This document shows positions 45,949 through 54,786 of a stretch of DNA of 64,000 nucleotides, in pieces. Each line of letters starts with the position of its first letter. Positions within the stretch are counted from its first letter, which is position 1. A program made the position numbers and the translations under genes. The notes beneath the pieces are model-generated. The model saw only the letters and a list, made by a program, of their open reading frames with translations. It ran no database searches and had not been told where the DNA came from. The DNA is from an uncultured Bacteroidales bacterium. Lineage in GTDB: Bacteria; Bacteroidota; Bacteroidia; Bacteroidales; VadinHA17. The stretch lies in the NCBI GenBank assembly GCA_963844935.1, contig CAWJQH010000003.1:172430-236429 (forward strand), written 5' to 3'.

Positions 45949-47091
45949 ATGGTAAACGAAGATATACAGGCACACACAGGTGAAGAACCTTCTGAACCTG
46001 CAATAAAATATAAAAGGGGCGCAAACAAGCTTGATGAATTCAACTGGCTTGCAGGTCTTCCGTACGACCCCCGGTACAATGAAGTAGTCGAAGTCCGGTT
46101 TAAGAATACCCGGAAGGGATTCTACCGCAACGTCAATGACCTGAGGCTTGAGGTGGGAGACCTGGTTGCCGTCGAAGCTTCTCCCGGCCATGATATCGGC
46201 CACGTATCCATGACCGGTTTCCTTGTCCTTGAACAGATAAAGAAGATGAAGGTCAAACCTGTCATCGAGGAGATGAAGAAGGTTTACAGGAAGGCAAGGA
46301 CTGTTGACCTGCAGAAGTGGGAGGAGGCGCGGAAGCAGGAGGTTCACACAATGCTCAGGTCAAGAAAAATTGCAGAGGACATCGGGCTCGCAATGAAGAT
46401 AGGCGATGTGGAGTACCAGGGAGACAAAACAAAAGCGATCTTCTACTATCTCGCCGACGAGAGGGTGGACTTCCGTCAGCTGATCAAACTTCTGGCAGAA
46501 GAGTTCCATATCCGTGTCGAGATGAGGCAGATAGGCGCCCGCCAGGAAGCGGGGCGCATCGGCGGCATTGGTACATGCGGACGTGAGCTCTGCTGCTCTA
46601 CCCATGTCACCAACTTCGTCTCGGTGACCACATCCCATGCCCGTTACCAGGATTTGTCACTGAACCCGCAGAAGCTGGCGGGACAGTGCGGGAAACTCAA
46701 GTGCTGCCTCAACTATGAACTTGACTGTTATATCGATGCGCAGAAGGATTTCCCCTCGAGAGAGATACCTCTTGAACTGGCTAACGGTACAGCCTGGTTC
46801 ATGAAAATGGAAGTACATACCGGCATCTACTGGTATTCGAGTGACCAGCGCATGGCTGTGAACCTGACTGCGGTGCCGGTTGCGAGAGTGCGCGAAATAA
46901 TACAGCTTAACAGGAAAGGCATAAAACCCGATAATCTGCTGGCCGGTGCAGGCGCCAACGCACCTGAAAAGGGCAATGACCTCCTGCTGCAGAACAGCGG
47001 TCTGACAAGGTTTGAGACTAAAAGCAACCCGCGCCAGCCGAGAGGAAGGCGCAGACCTTACAACAAGAAAAATGAGGGAACCCGGAAATAA
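45949..47091 (+). CDS. PSP1-domain protein (RicT/YaaT-like)
   Basis: PSP1 C-terminal domain with GRELCCSTH and GKLKCCLNYE Cys motifs. The conserved holB-PSP1-gldH order is seen in Bacteroidetes. Confidence 0.8.
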   Translation: MVNEDIQAHTGEEPSEPAIKYKRGANKLDEFNWLAGLPYDPRYNEVVEVRFKNTRKGFYRNVNDLRLEVGDLVAVEASPGHDIGHVSMTGFLVLEQIKKMKVKPVIEEMKKVYRKARTVDLQKWEEARKQEVHTMLRSRKIAEDIGLAMKIGDVEYQGDKTKAIFYYLADERVDFRQLIKLLAEEFHIRVEMRQIGARQEAGRIGGIGTCGRELCCSTHVTNFVSVTTSHARYQDLSLNPQKLAGQCGKLKCCLNYELDCYIDAQKDFPSREIPLELANGTAWFMKMEVHTGIYWYSSDQRMAVNLTAVPVARVREIIQLNRKGIKPDNLLAGAGANAPEKGNDLLLQNSGLTRFETKSNPRQPRGRRRPYNKKNEGTRK

Positions 47092-47551
47092 AATACTTGC
47101 TGTCAGTGCACTGATCATGCTCATCACCCTGTCATGCGACAGGGGTACCTACTACGCTGACAGTGTTAAAATGCAGGGCGATTCATGGAGCATGTACGAT
47201 CCATGCAAGTTTTCATGCCAGATCGATGACACGGTAAGTGTGTATAATTTTGACCTCTCAATCCGGACATCAACAGGATACCCGTACCGTAACCTGTACC
47301 TTTTTGTCGTTACTTCATTCCCTTCAGGAAACACGGTCACTGATACCGTACAGGCTATTCTCGCAAATGAAAAAGGCGACTGGCTCGGCAAGGGCGCGGG
47401 CGATCTCCGTGAGCTGACAATACCTTATAAATCGAATATTTACTTCCCCGAAAAAGGCGAATATCATTTTAAGGTGATACACGGAATGAGAGATACCGTT
47501 CTGAACGGGGTATATGACCTCGGCATGAGGATATCACTGAAGCAGAAGTAA
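47072..47551 (+). CDS. gldH: gliding motility lipoprotein GldH
   Basis: About 160 aa from ATG 47072; lipobox LITLSCD; family-like YPYRNLYLFV core. The track ORF from 47012 overlaps PSP1. Confidence 0.7.
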   Translation: MREPGNKILAVSALIMLITLSCDRGTYYADSVKMQGDSWSMYDPCKFSCQIDDTVSVYNFDLSIRTSTGYPYRNLYLFVVTSFPSGNTVTDTVQAILANEKGDWLGKGAGDLRELTIPYKSNIYFPEKGEYHFKVIHGMRDTVLNGVYDLGMRISLKQK

Positions 47552-47568
47552 TACAAATTATTCCGGTA

Positions 47569-48267
47569 TTGGGCAAGAACAAACTGGCACGGTGGGCTGA
47601 GATGAAAGGCTTTGACCATGTAATCGAGCCTTCGTTTGATGATGTTTTCGGACATGATTTCCACCTTAAGGGGAAATGGCACAGCGACTGGTTCGGAAAC
47701 AGTAATCCGATCGTTCTTGAGCTGGGATGCGGCAAGGGTGAATATACAGTAAGGCTTGCTGAGATCTCTCCGCAGAAAAATTTCATCGGCATTGACATCA
47801 AGGGTGCACGGATGTGGAAAGGTGCAAAAGAATCGCATTATATGAAACAACAGAATGCGACATTCCTCCGAACCAGGATTGAGCTCCTCGGATCGTTCTT
47901 TGCTGCCGGCGAGACAGATGAGATATGGCTCACCTTCCCTGACCCTCAACCGAAATGGAAAAGAGAGAAGAAGAGGCTGTCAGGCCCTGTCTTTCTGAAC
48001 CTCTACAGAAATTTCCTGAAAGACAACGGGATCGTGCACCTCAAGACCGACAGCAGGGAGCTGTATGATTACACCCTTTCCCTGGCGCAGACAAACAACC
48101 TTGAAATCATTACCTCTGTCACTGACCTGCACGGTCAGATGCCCGGCGATCCGCTGCTGTCGATCAGAACCCATTATGAGGAGATCTTCCTGAAACAGGG
48201 GATCCCTATCACTTACCTTGCATTCAGACTGCCAAATGAAAAGGAGATCATCAGTCCCGGACAATAA
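47569..48267 (+). CDS. trmB: tRNA (guanine-N7)-methyltransferase
   Basis: N-terminus MGKNKLARWAE (TTG start), the SAM site LELGCGKGEYT, and FPDPQPK. Confidence 0.88.
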   Translation: MGKNKLARWAEMKGFDHVIEPSFDDVFGHDFHLKGKWHSDWFGNSNPIVLELGCGKGEYTVRLAEISPQKNFIGIDIKGARMWKGAKESHYMKQQNATFLRTRIELLGSFFAAGETDEIWLTFPDPQPKWKREKKRLSGPVFLNLYRNFLKDNGIVHLKTDSRELYDYTLSLAQTNNLEIITSVTDLHGQMPGDPLLSIRTHYEEIFLKQGIPITYLAFRLPNEKEIISPGQ

Positions 48268-48592
48268 AAATGAGGGCTTCTTCAGCCGGGTGTACGATGT
48301 CACCCGCCTGATACCTTACGGAAGGATCACGTCATACGGTGCAATTGCCAGGTACCTCGGCACTGCCGGCTCTGCCAGGATGGTTGGCTGGGCGCTTAAC
48401 TCATCGCACACCCTTCCTGAATTTATTCCCGCACACCGTGTTGTCAACCGCAACGGAATGCTCACCGGCAAATTTCATTTCGGCAATTCATCAACGATGC
48501 AGCAACTGCTGGAAAACGAAGGATTTATTGTCAGGGATGACCGGGTCATTGACTTCAGCCAAAAATTCTGGGATCCGGCTGTTGAACTTTGA
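48236..48592 (+). CDS. alkyltransferase-like (ATL) protein: MGMT DNA-binding fold lacking the acceptor cysteine
   Basis: IPYGRITSYGAIARYLG helix-turn-helix. The active-site motif reads PAHRV instead of PCHRV, so Cys is replaced by Ala. Confidence 0.75.
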   Translation: MKRRSSVPDNKNEGFFSRVYDVTRLIPYGRITSYGAIARYLGTAGSARMVGWALNSSHTLPEFIPAHRVVNRNGMLTGKFHFGNSSTMQQLLENEGFIVRDDRVIDFSQKFWDPAVEL

Positions 48593-48649
48593 TACGGGAA
48601 GGATGTTCTGTATTAAACTGATCTGAGAAAAAGGATTAACAAATAAATT

Positions 48650-49750
48650 ATGCATACAAAACAACAAGTCCTTGAAGCGCTGAAAAAGGTTTCCCATCCG
48701 GAAAAGGGAAGTGATATCGTTACACTGGGCATCGTAAGCGATGTTACTGTGACGGAGGAAGGAATAAATATCCTGCTTACCCCCGAAAAATCTAACGATC
48801 CGTTCCTCTCGTCCATAAAGAGCAACTGCGTAAGGGCAGTAAAGGATGCACTAGGGCCCGATGCAGTGATCACATCGATAGATGTCAGGCCAAAAATAGT
48901 TGTGTCTAAAAAGAAAGAACCGAAGAGGGATGTTCTTCCGGGAGTAAAAAACATCATAGCCGTTTCATCGGGCAAGGGCGGCGTTGGCAAATCGACTGTG
49001 GCAGTGAACCTGGCTGTGGCACTGGCCCGCAAAGGTTATGCAACCGGTCTGCTCGATGCAGACATCTTCGGGCCATCGGTGCCCCGTATGTTCAATGCAG
49101 AACAATACAAGCCTGATGTTCACAGTGAGAACGGCAGTGACAGGATCATTCCGATGAAGAAATATGGTGTCAGCATTCTGTCAATCGGCTTTTTTGTCAA
49201 AGATTCCGAAGCGGTTATATGGAGAGGTCCCATGGCAAGCAGCTTTCTCAAGCAGCTAATCAACCAGGGCGACTGGGGTGAGCTTGACTATCTCATCTTT
49301 GACCTTCCTCCCGGTACCAGTGATATTCATCTGACGCTGGTGCAGGAGGTGCCCGTTACCGGTGCCCTGGTGGTTACCACACCTCAGGAGGTAGCTCTTG
49401 CCGATGCCCGGAAAGGCATAGCCATGTTCCGCAGTGAGGCTATCAATGTCCCGGTTCTGGGTCTGGTTGAAAATATGTCATTCTTTATAGCTCCCGAGCT
49501 GCCAGGAAGACGGTATTACATCTTCGGCAAGGAGGGCGGAAGCAGGCTTGCCGCAGAGGCCGGCGTTGAGCTTCTGGGACAGATCCCCATTGTGGAGAGC
49601 ATCTGTGACGGCGGCGATGCCGGTACCCCTGCCGCCCTGAGCGACAATGAGACAGGCCAGGCTTTCCTCAGGCTGGCGGAAACCGTCGTCAGGCAGGTTG
49701 AGAAACGCAATTCCGAACAGGCCCCTACAAAAAGAGTTGAGATGAAATAG
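48650..49750 (+). CDS. apbC: Mrp/ApbC/NBP35-family Fe-S cluster carrier ATPase
   Basis: N-terminal DUF59-like domain, deviant Walker A VSSGKGGVGKST, and a CxxC-type region (ESICDGGD variant); 366 aa. Confidence 0.88.
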   Translation: MHTKQQVLEALKKVSHPEKGSDIVTLGIVSDVTVTEEGINILLTPEKSNDPFLSSIKSNCVRAVKDALGPDAVITSIDVRPKIVVSKKKEPKRDVLPGVKNIIAVSSGKGGVGKSTVAVNLAVALARKGYATGLLDADIFGPSVPRMFNAEQYKPDVHSENGSDRIIPMKKYGVSILSIGFFVKDSEAVIWRGPMASSFLKQLINQGDWGELDYLIFDLPPGTSDIHLTLVQEVPVTGALVVTTPQEVALADARKGIAMFRSEAINVPVLGLVENMSFFIAPELPGRRYYIFGKEGGSRLAAEAGVELLGQIPIVESICDGGDAGTPAALSDNETGQAFLRLAETVVRQVEKRNSEQAPTKRVEMK

Positions 49751-49771
49751 GTCTCCCGTCGGCATAAAGCA

Positions 49772-49931
49772 GTCTCAAAAGTATATTTACCACCCCGTCC
49801 CGACCCTTCGGTCGGGGCACCCCTCCTTAAAAAAGGAGGGGAAATGTCTGAATTTAAATATTTTAACTTTCTCCTCCTTGATAAGGAGGAGTACTCCCGC
49901 AGAGCGGGAGGGAGGAGGTGACTTTTGAGAC
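49772..49931. repeat. ~160-bp composite palindromic element (family 2, two inverted arms, four local hairpins)
   Basis: The outer 11-bp inverted repeat is perfect: GTCTCAAAAGT (49772-49782) / ACTTTTGAGAC (49921-49931). The arms 49791-49841 and 49871-49920 are imperfect reverse complements of each other. Each arm carries two hairpins, and the spacer is 29 nt and AT-rich. Confidence 0.7.
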
Positions 49932-49950
49932 ACGTTTATCCTCTTTTTAG

Positions 49951-49958
49951 TACCTTTG
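49951..49958 (+). promoter_or_regulatory. -7 promoter motif TACCTTTG
   Basis: Exact TAnnTTTG match 48 nt upstream of the TTG start at 50007. Confidence 0.35.
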
Positions 49959-50006
49959 GATACTTTTAACTGCCCTTGGCAGTTATAGAGTATATACCAC
50001 TCTTTC

Positions 50007-52664
50007 TTGAGTTCACGGCACTCAGTATATTATGTCGCGATGACCCTGGTGCTCACCGCACTTATAACCGGTTGTTCTGTTGAGAAGAACACCGGGGCGA
50101 GCCGTTTTTACAACTCCCTCGTAGCAAAATACAACGTATGGTTCAACGGCAATGAAGCCTATAAGGCCGGCGTTGAAAAGATACAGCAGTCACACCGTGA
50201 TGATTACAGCGTTCTGATCCCTGTTTTTGAATACACCTCGGATGAATCTGTTGCGGCGGCTGCCTCAGACATGGAACGTGCCGCCCAGAAAGCATCGAAG
50301 GTTATTGCGCTCTACTCAATCACCGCCAAACCGAAAGAGAAGAGTAACAGGAGAGATGATGCCCGTGACGAGGAATTCTACAACCGCCGGGAATACAACG
50401 AGTGGGTGGACGATGCCTACCTTCTTCTTGCCAAAGCACAGTTCATGCTTAAAAACCTCCCGGCATCACGGTCCGCCTTTTCCTATACGGTAAGTATAGC
50501 CACAGACCCTGATCTTATTAGCGAAGCAAATATCTGGATGGCCAGGATACAAACTGAAGAGGGCAATTATTCAGAAGCATCACGCATACTGCAGGGTTTC
50601 AATGACATTGACGGCCTGCCGAAATCACTCAAGCCAATGTTCTACTCAACCATGGCTGATGTCGCCCTCAGGCAGAAACGCTACAATGATGCGGTCAGTC
50701 CCCTTACAATGGCCGTTGAGAACAGCACCAACAAGCATTTCAGGGTGCGCCTGACATACCTGCTGGCACAGGTGTGCAAAACAACCGGCGACAACGCTCT
50801 TTCCACACGTTATTTCCGGGATGTGATCAGGATGAACCCGGCTTATGAGCTTGAGTTCAATGCCGCCATTAACCTTGCCGGTGTAACTGATTTATCTCAC
50901 GGTGATGCCGAAGATCTGATAAAATCGCTTCGCAGGATGCTGCGTGACTTAAAGAACAAGGATTATCTTGATCAGATCTACTTCGCACTCGGTGAGCTCG
51001 AGATGCGGATGGGAAACACCGCTGAGGCCCTTGATCTCTGGATCCAGTCTGCCAGGAGCAGCACAGTGAACACCAGGCAGAGGGCAAGGGCATACCTGGC
51101 ACTCGGGGAATACTATTATGCACAGCCTGAATACATGACGGCATTTCTTTACTACGACACTGCCACCTACCTTATTGATGAACGTTTTCCCGACTATAAT
51201 CTTATCAGCCGCAGGACAAGTGACCTGGGTGAGTTTGCAGACTTCCACCGTGTGGTGATGACTGAGGACAGCCTTCGCAGGGTGGCCATGATGAGCAGTG
51301 CGGAACGTGATGCCCTGATTGCAGAAATGATCCGTGCTTATGAGCAGGAACAGACAAAGGCAGTGCAGGGTGATGGCAGCGAAAGGTACAATATGGGGCT
51401 TTATTACGAGAATGAGCAGCGTTCCGCCGGAGCCATATCTGCTGAAGGAGGATGGTATTTCTACAACCAGTCGGCGCTTACATTCGGCCGTACGGAGTTC
51501 AAACGCCGCTGGGGCGACAGGAGACTTGAGGATAACTGGCGGCGGTCGAACAAGGCACGCGCTGCATTCACTGCCCCCACCGCTGCCGAGAACGGGGAGG
51601 AACAACAGGCCGGCGACAGTACGGCAACGGCTCCTGAGCGGACAAAGGAATACTATCTCCGCAATCTCCCGCTTACTGATTCGCTTATGAGCCTCTCTGC
51701 AAGTAAAAGCGCCAACGCCTTGCTGGGTGAAGGAAAGATACTTGCCTCACGCCTTGCTGACACTCTTATGGCGGCGAAGTCTCTTGAAGAGGCTGCGGCA
51801 CGGGGTAACAGTGACAATATCAGGACTGAAGCTCTCTATGAGCTCTACAGGCTGCTCCGCAACTACGACCCGTCCCGGGCGGAGGTTTTCAGGGCAGAGC
51901 TTCTGTCATCATTCCCCAATTCAGAATACTCACTTATACTCTCCGACCCTGACTATGTCAGAAAACAGCTGGAGATGGCAACGAGGGCGAGGACAACATA
52001 TGAGGCCGCCTATGAAGCCTTCATGTCACAGAGTTACGTCGAGACTCAAAACATTTGCAGGGAAGCCGCCGGCCTGTTCCCGGGTGACGGTCTTTTGCCG
52101 AAATTCATGCTTCTTGACGCCATGGCCACCGGCGCTACGGACGGTGAAGTTGCCTACAAGGAAAAACTTGATTCCCTTACGGCAAAATATCCTGAAACTC
52201 CTGAGGGCATAAGAGCAGCAGAGATAACCGCATTCCTGAAAAGGGAGATACCTGAACTGCAGATTGCAGAAGATACCCGCATAGCTGAAGAACTTTATGA
52301 GCCAGATACAATCCAGCCGCATTTTGTCATTGTAGTGGCAGAAAACATACAGGCGAACATGAACCAGATGGTCTTCGATGTTATCAACTATAACCTCGAT
52401 AACTTTACCGACAAAAATTACCGTACTGAAGGAAAAGCGGTTGACAATGAGTATATCCTTATCACAGTCGGTCCTTTTGAAAATGCTGCAGAGGCAGGCA
52501 ATTGGCTCAGCTCATTCGATCCTGCTGCAAATATCAGGGGATCTGAAAATGCAGGTATTTCGCTCTATGCGATCAGCCGTGACAACCTGGAAAAACTCAC
52601 CACTGACAAGAATATTAACCGGTACCGGATCTTCTATGAGACTGCTTACAGCAGCAAAAAATGA
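50007..52664 (+). CDS. TPR-repeat lipoprotein, SprE/PorW-like (tentative)
   Basis: 885 aa; lipobox LITGCS; N-terminal KNTGASRFYNSLVAKYNVWFNGNEAY resembles my memory of the SprE/PorW N-terminus; multiple TPR-like repeats; next to porX. The ortholog assignment was not verified. Confidence 0.55.
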   Translation: MSSRHSVYYVAMTLVLTALITGCSVEKNTGASRFYNSLVAKYNVWFNGNEAYKAGVEKIQQSHRDDYSVLIPVFEYTSDESVAAAASDMERAAQKASKVIALYSITAKPKEKSNRRDDARDEEFYNRREYNEWVDDAYLLLAKAQFMLKNLPASRSAFSYTVSIATDPDLISEANIWMARIQTEEGNYSEASRILQGFNDIDGLPKSLKPMFYSTMADVALRQKRYNDAVSPLTMAVENSTNKHFRVRLTYLLAQVCKTTGDNALSTRYFRDVIRMNPAYELEFNAAINLAGVTDLSHGDAEDLIKSLRRMLRDLKNKDYLDQIYFALGELEMRMGNTAEALDLWIQSARSSTVNTRQRARAYLALGEYYYAQPEYMTAFLYYDTATYLIDERFPDYNLISRRTSDLGEFADFHRVVMTEDSLRRVAMMSSAERDALIAEMIRAYEQEQTKAVQGDGSERYNMGLYYENEQRSAGAISAEGGWYFYNQSALTFGRTEFKRRWGDRRLEDNWRRSNKARAAFTAPTAAENGEEQQAGDSTATAPERTKEYYLRNLPLTDSLMSLSASKSANALLGEGKILASRLADTLMAAKSLEEAAARGNSDNIRTEALYELYRLLRNYDPSRAEVFRAELLSSFPNSEYSLILSDPDYVRKQLEMATRARTTYEAAYEAFMSQSYVETQNICREAAGLFPGDGLLPKFMLLDAMATGATDGEVAYKEKLDSLTAKYPETPEGIRAAEITAFLKREIPELQIAEDTRIAEELYEPDTIQPHFVIVVAENIQANMNQMVFDVINYNLDNFTDKNYRTEGKAVDNEYILITVGPFENAAEAGNWLSSFDPAANIRGSENAGISLYAISRDNLEKLTTDKNINRYRIFYETAYSSKK

Positions 52665-52679
52665 AATGAGAGACTGACG

Positions 52680-54233
52680 ATGCGACAGGTAAGAATATTA
52701 TGGGTTGATGATGAGGTCGGGGTTCTGCGGTCTCATATTCTCTTTTTGCATGAGAAGGGTTTTGAAACCGATACATGTCCTTCCGGCAATGATGCCATAC
52801 GTATGGTGAAGGAAAAACCTTATGACATCATTTTTCTTGACGAGCATATGCCCGGGCTCAGCGGCATCGAGACACTGCGGCGCATCAAGGCGATCAAGCC
52901 ATCCATCCCGATAGTGATGATCACCAAGAGCGAGGAGGAGGAGATAATGGATGCTGCCATTGGATCACAGATAGCTGATTACCTGATCAAGCCCGTAAAG
53001 CCGCAGCAGATACTTCTCGCCCTGAAGCGTATCCTTGACATAGGAGATATAGTAACGCGGCAGACAACGACAATATTCAGGGAGGAGTTCGGTTCAATAT
53101 CGGATATGATATCTGCAGCCTCCACTTTTGAGCAGTGGTGCGAAGTGTACCGCAGGCTTGTCTTCTGGCAGGGTGAACTCATCAGGTCATCAGATCCCGG
53201 CATGAGGGAGGTTCTGCGCATGCAGGAGGCTGATGCCAACAGGGCTTTTGGAAAATACATTTCAAAAAACTATACAGGGTGGATGGCTTCCGATGCCGGT
53301 GACAAGCCGCTTCTTTCGCCGTCGGTGATGTCAAAACGCATATTCCCGCTCATCAAAAGCGGATCGTCACTCTTCATTATCATAATTGACAACATGCGCC
53401 TCGATCAGTGGCAGACGATATCGGCTGATCTCAGTCCTTTCCTGCGGAATGTTTCAGATGAAATTTATATGAGCATCCTTCCCACCGCAACGCAGTTTTC
53501 ACGTAACGCACTCTTCGCGGGACTGATGCCTGCGGCGATAGGTGACCTGATGCCGGAATACTGGATAAATGACACTGAGGATGAAGGCAAGAACCTCCAT
53601 GAGGAAAAACTGCTCGGCAAGCACCTGCAGAGAGCCGGCATCAACTGCAAATGGAGCTACAGCAAGATAAGCTCTGACGCGGAAGGCAAGACCCTTAACG
53701 ACAGGCTCCCGCAGCTTCTTACAAATGACCTGAACGTTCTTGTCTATAACTTTGTCGATATGCTCAGCCATGCCCGGACAGAAGTCGGCGTTCTGCGTGA
53801 CATGACCGGTGATGAGGCGTCATGGCTCTCATTCACACATTCATGGTTTATCCATTCACCTCTCTTTGAGCTTCTCAGGGCTGTGGCTGTAAAAGGATCA
53901 CGCGTGGTGATAACAACAGACCACGGTTCTGTCAGGGTCCAGAAACCTGTCAGGGTTGTAGGCGACAGGCAGACATCAATGAACCTGCGTTACAAGTCCG
54001 GAAAGAACCTTGACTACAATCCGCGTGAGGTATTTGAAATCACTGTTCCCTCAAAGGCAGGGTTGCCAATGACCAACCTCTCGTCCAAGTATATATTTGC
54101 CTGCGGAAATGATTTCCTGGTCTATCCGAATAATTTCAACCATATTGTGTCGTATTACCGTGATTCATTCCAGCACGGAGGGGTTTCGTTGCATGAGATG
54201 ATGCTTCCTCTCGCCTTTCTTGAGCCCGTATAA
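52680..54233 (+). CDS. porX: PorX-type response regulator (REC + PglZ/alkaline-phosphatase-like domain), T9SS regulator
   Basis: 517 aa; RILWVDDE..., IIFLDEHMPGLSG, ITKSEEEEIMDAAIGSQIADYLIKPV, and a PglZ core (IIIIDNMRLDQW, TTDHGS). This closely parallels P. gingivalis PorX as I recall it. Confidence 0.85.
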   Translation: MRQVRILWVDDEVGVLRSHILFLHEKGFETDTCPSGNDAIRMVKEKPYDIIFLDEHMPGLSGIETLRRIKAIKPSIPIVMITKSEEEEIMDAAIGSQIADYLIKPVKPQQILLALKRILDIGDIVTRQTTTIFREEFGSISDMISAASTFEQWCEVYRRLVFWQGELIRSSDPGMREVLRMQEADANRAFGKYISKNYTGWMASDAGDKPLLSPSVMSKRIFPLIKSGSSLFIIIIDNMRLDQWQTISADLSPFLRNVSDEIYMSILPTATQFSRNALFAGLMPAAIGDLMPEYWINDTEDEGKNLHEEKLLGKHLQRAGINCKWSYSKISSDAEGKTLNDRLPQLLTNDLNVLVYNFVDMLSHARTEVGVLRDMTGDEASWLSFTHSWFIHSPLFELLRAVAVKGSRVVITTDHGSVRVQKPVRVVGDRQTSMNLRYKSGKNLDYNPREVFEITVPSKAGLPMTNLSSKYIFACGNDFLVYPNNFNHIVSYYRDSFQHGGVSLHEMMLPLAFLEPV

Positions 54234-54251
54234 AAATATTATTTTTGCTGC

Positions 54252-54669
54252 ATGAAGGTAATTATTCCGGATAAAAGCCATCTTAAGGAAGCGGCGAGGC
54301 ATTTTCTCAGGGAGACGGCAGGATCGCGGATCTTTGCCTTTTACGGGCAGATGGGTTCCGGGAAAACCACCTTCATAAAGGCTCTGTGCAAAGAGCTGGG
54401 GGTGACCGATACGTGTGACCAGCCCTTCCTTCACCCTGATAAATGAGTACCGTCGGCCCGGCGATGTGCCAGTTTATCATTTTGATTTTTACAGGATAAG
54501 GAAAATCTCGGAAGTACTTGATTTCGGTATTGAGGAGTATTTTGATTCAGCCTCGCCCTGCTTCATGGAGTGGCCGGAGCTGATTGAACCGCTGCTCCCT
54601 TCCGAAACACTGAGAGTATCTGTCACAGTAATGCCTGACGGAAGCAGGGTCATCGAAGACCGCCAGTGA
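54252..54669 (+). pseudogene. tsaE: tRNA t6A37 biosynthesis ATPase TsaE, split by a frameshift near 54414
   Basis: ORF 54252-54446 carries the P-loop GQMGSGKTTF...GVTDT. ORF 54415-54669 continues as VTSPSFTLINEY...YHFDFYR...EW. The reading GAT ACG T GTG ACC implies one extra base (or two missing bases). Confidence 0.8.
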
Positions 54670-54732
54670 ATTGCAGATAATTTATCCCGTCGAATAATAA
54701 GGCTTCAGACATAATCTCTCCGATTAAAATCT

Positions 54733-54740
54733 TAATTTTG
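54733..54740 (+). promoter_or_regulatory. -7 promoter motif TAATTTTG
   Basis: Exact TAnnTTTG match 46 nt upstream of ATG 54787. Confidence 0.4.
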
Positions 54741-54786
54741 ATCTGAGTATTGCTGTTCCTTTGTTAAATCCTTAAAACGAAGCCAC

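Noticed and set aside
49844-49921. 25-codon ORF MSEFKYFNFLLLDKEEYSRRAGGRR, preceded by a striking SD-like AAGGAGGGG 3 nt before its ATG, inside the composite palindrome.
   Set aside because: Both the SD-like tract and the ORF are by-products of the hairpin arms. The related copy at 27071-27120 has no start codon and has an upstream in-frame stop, so similarity is maintained at the nucleotide and structure level, not the peptide level.
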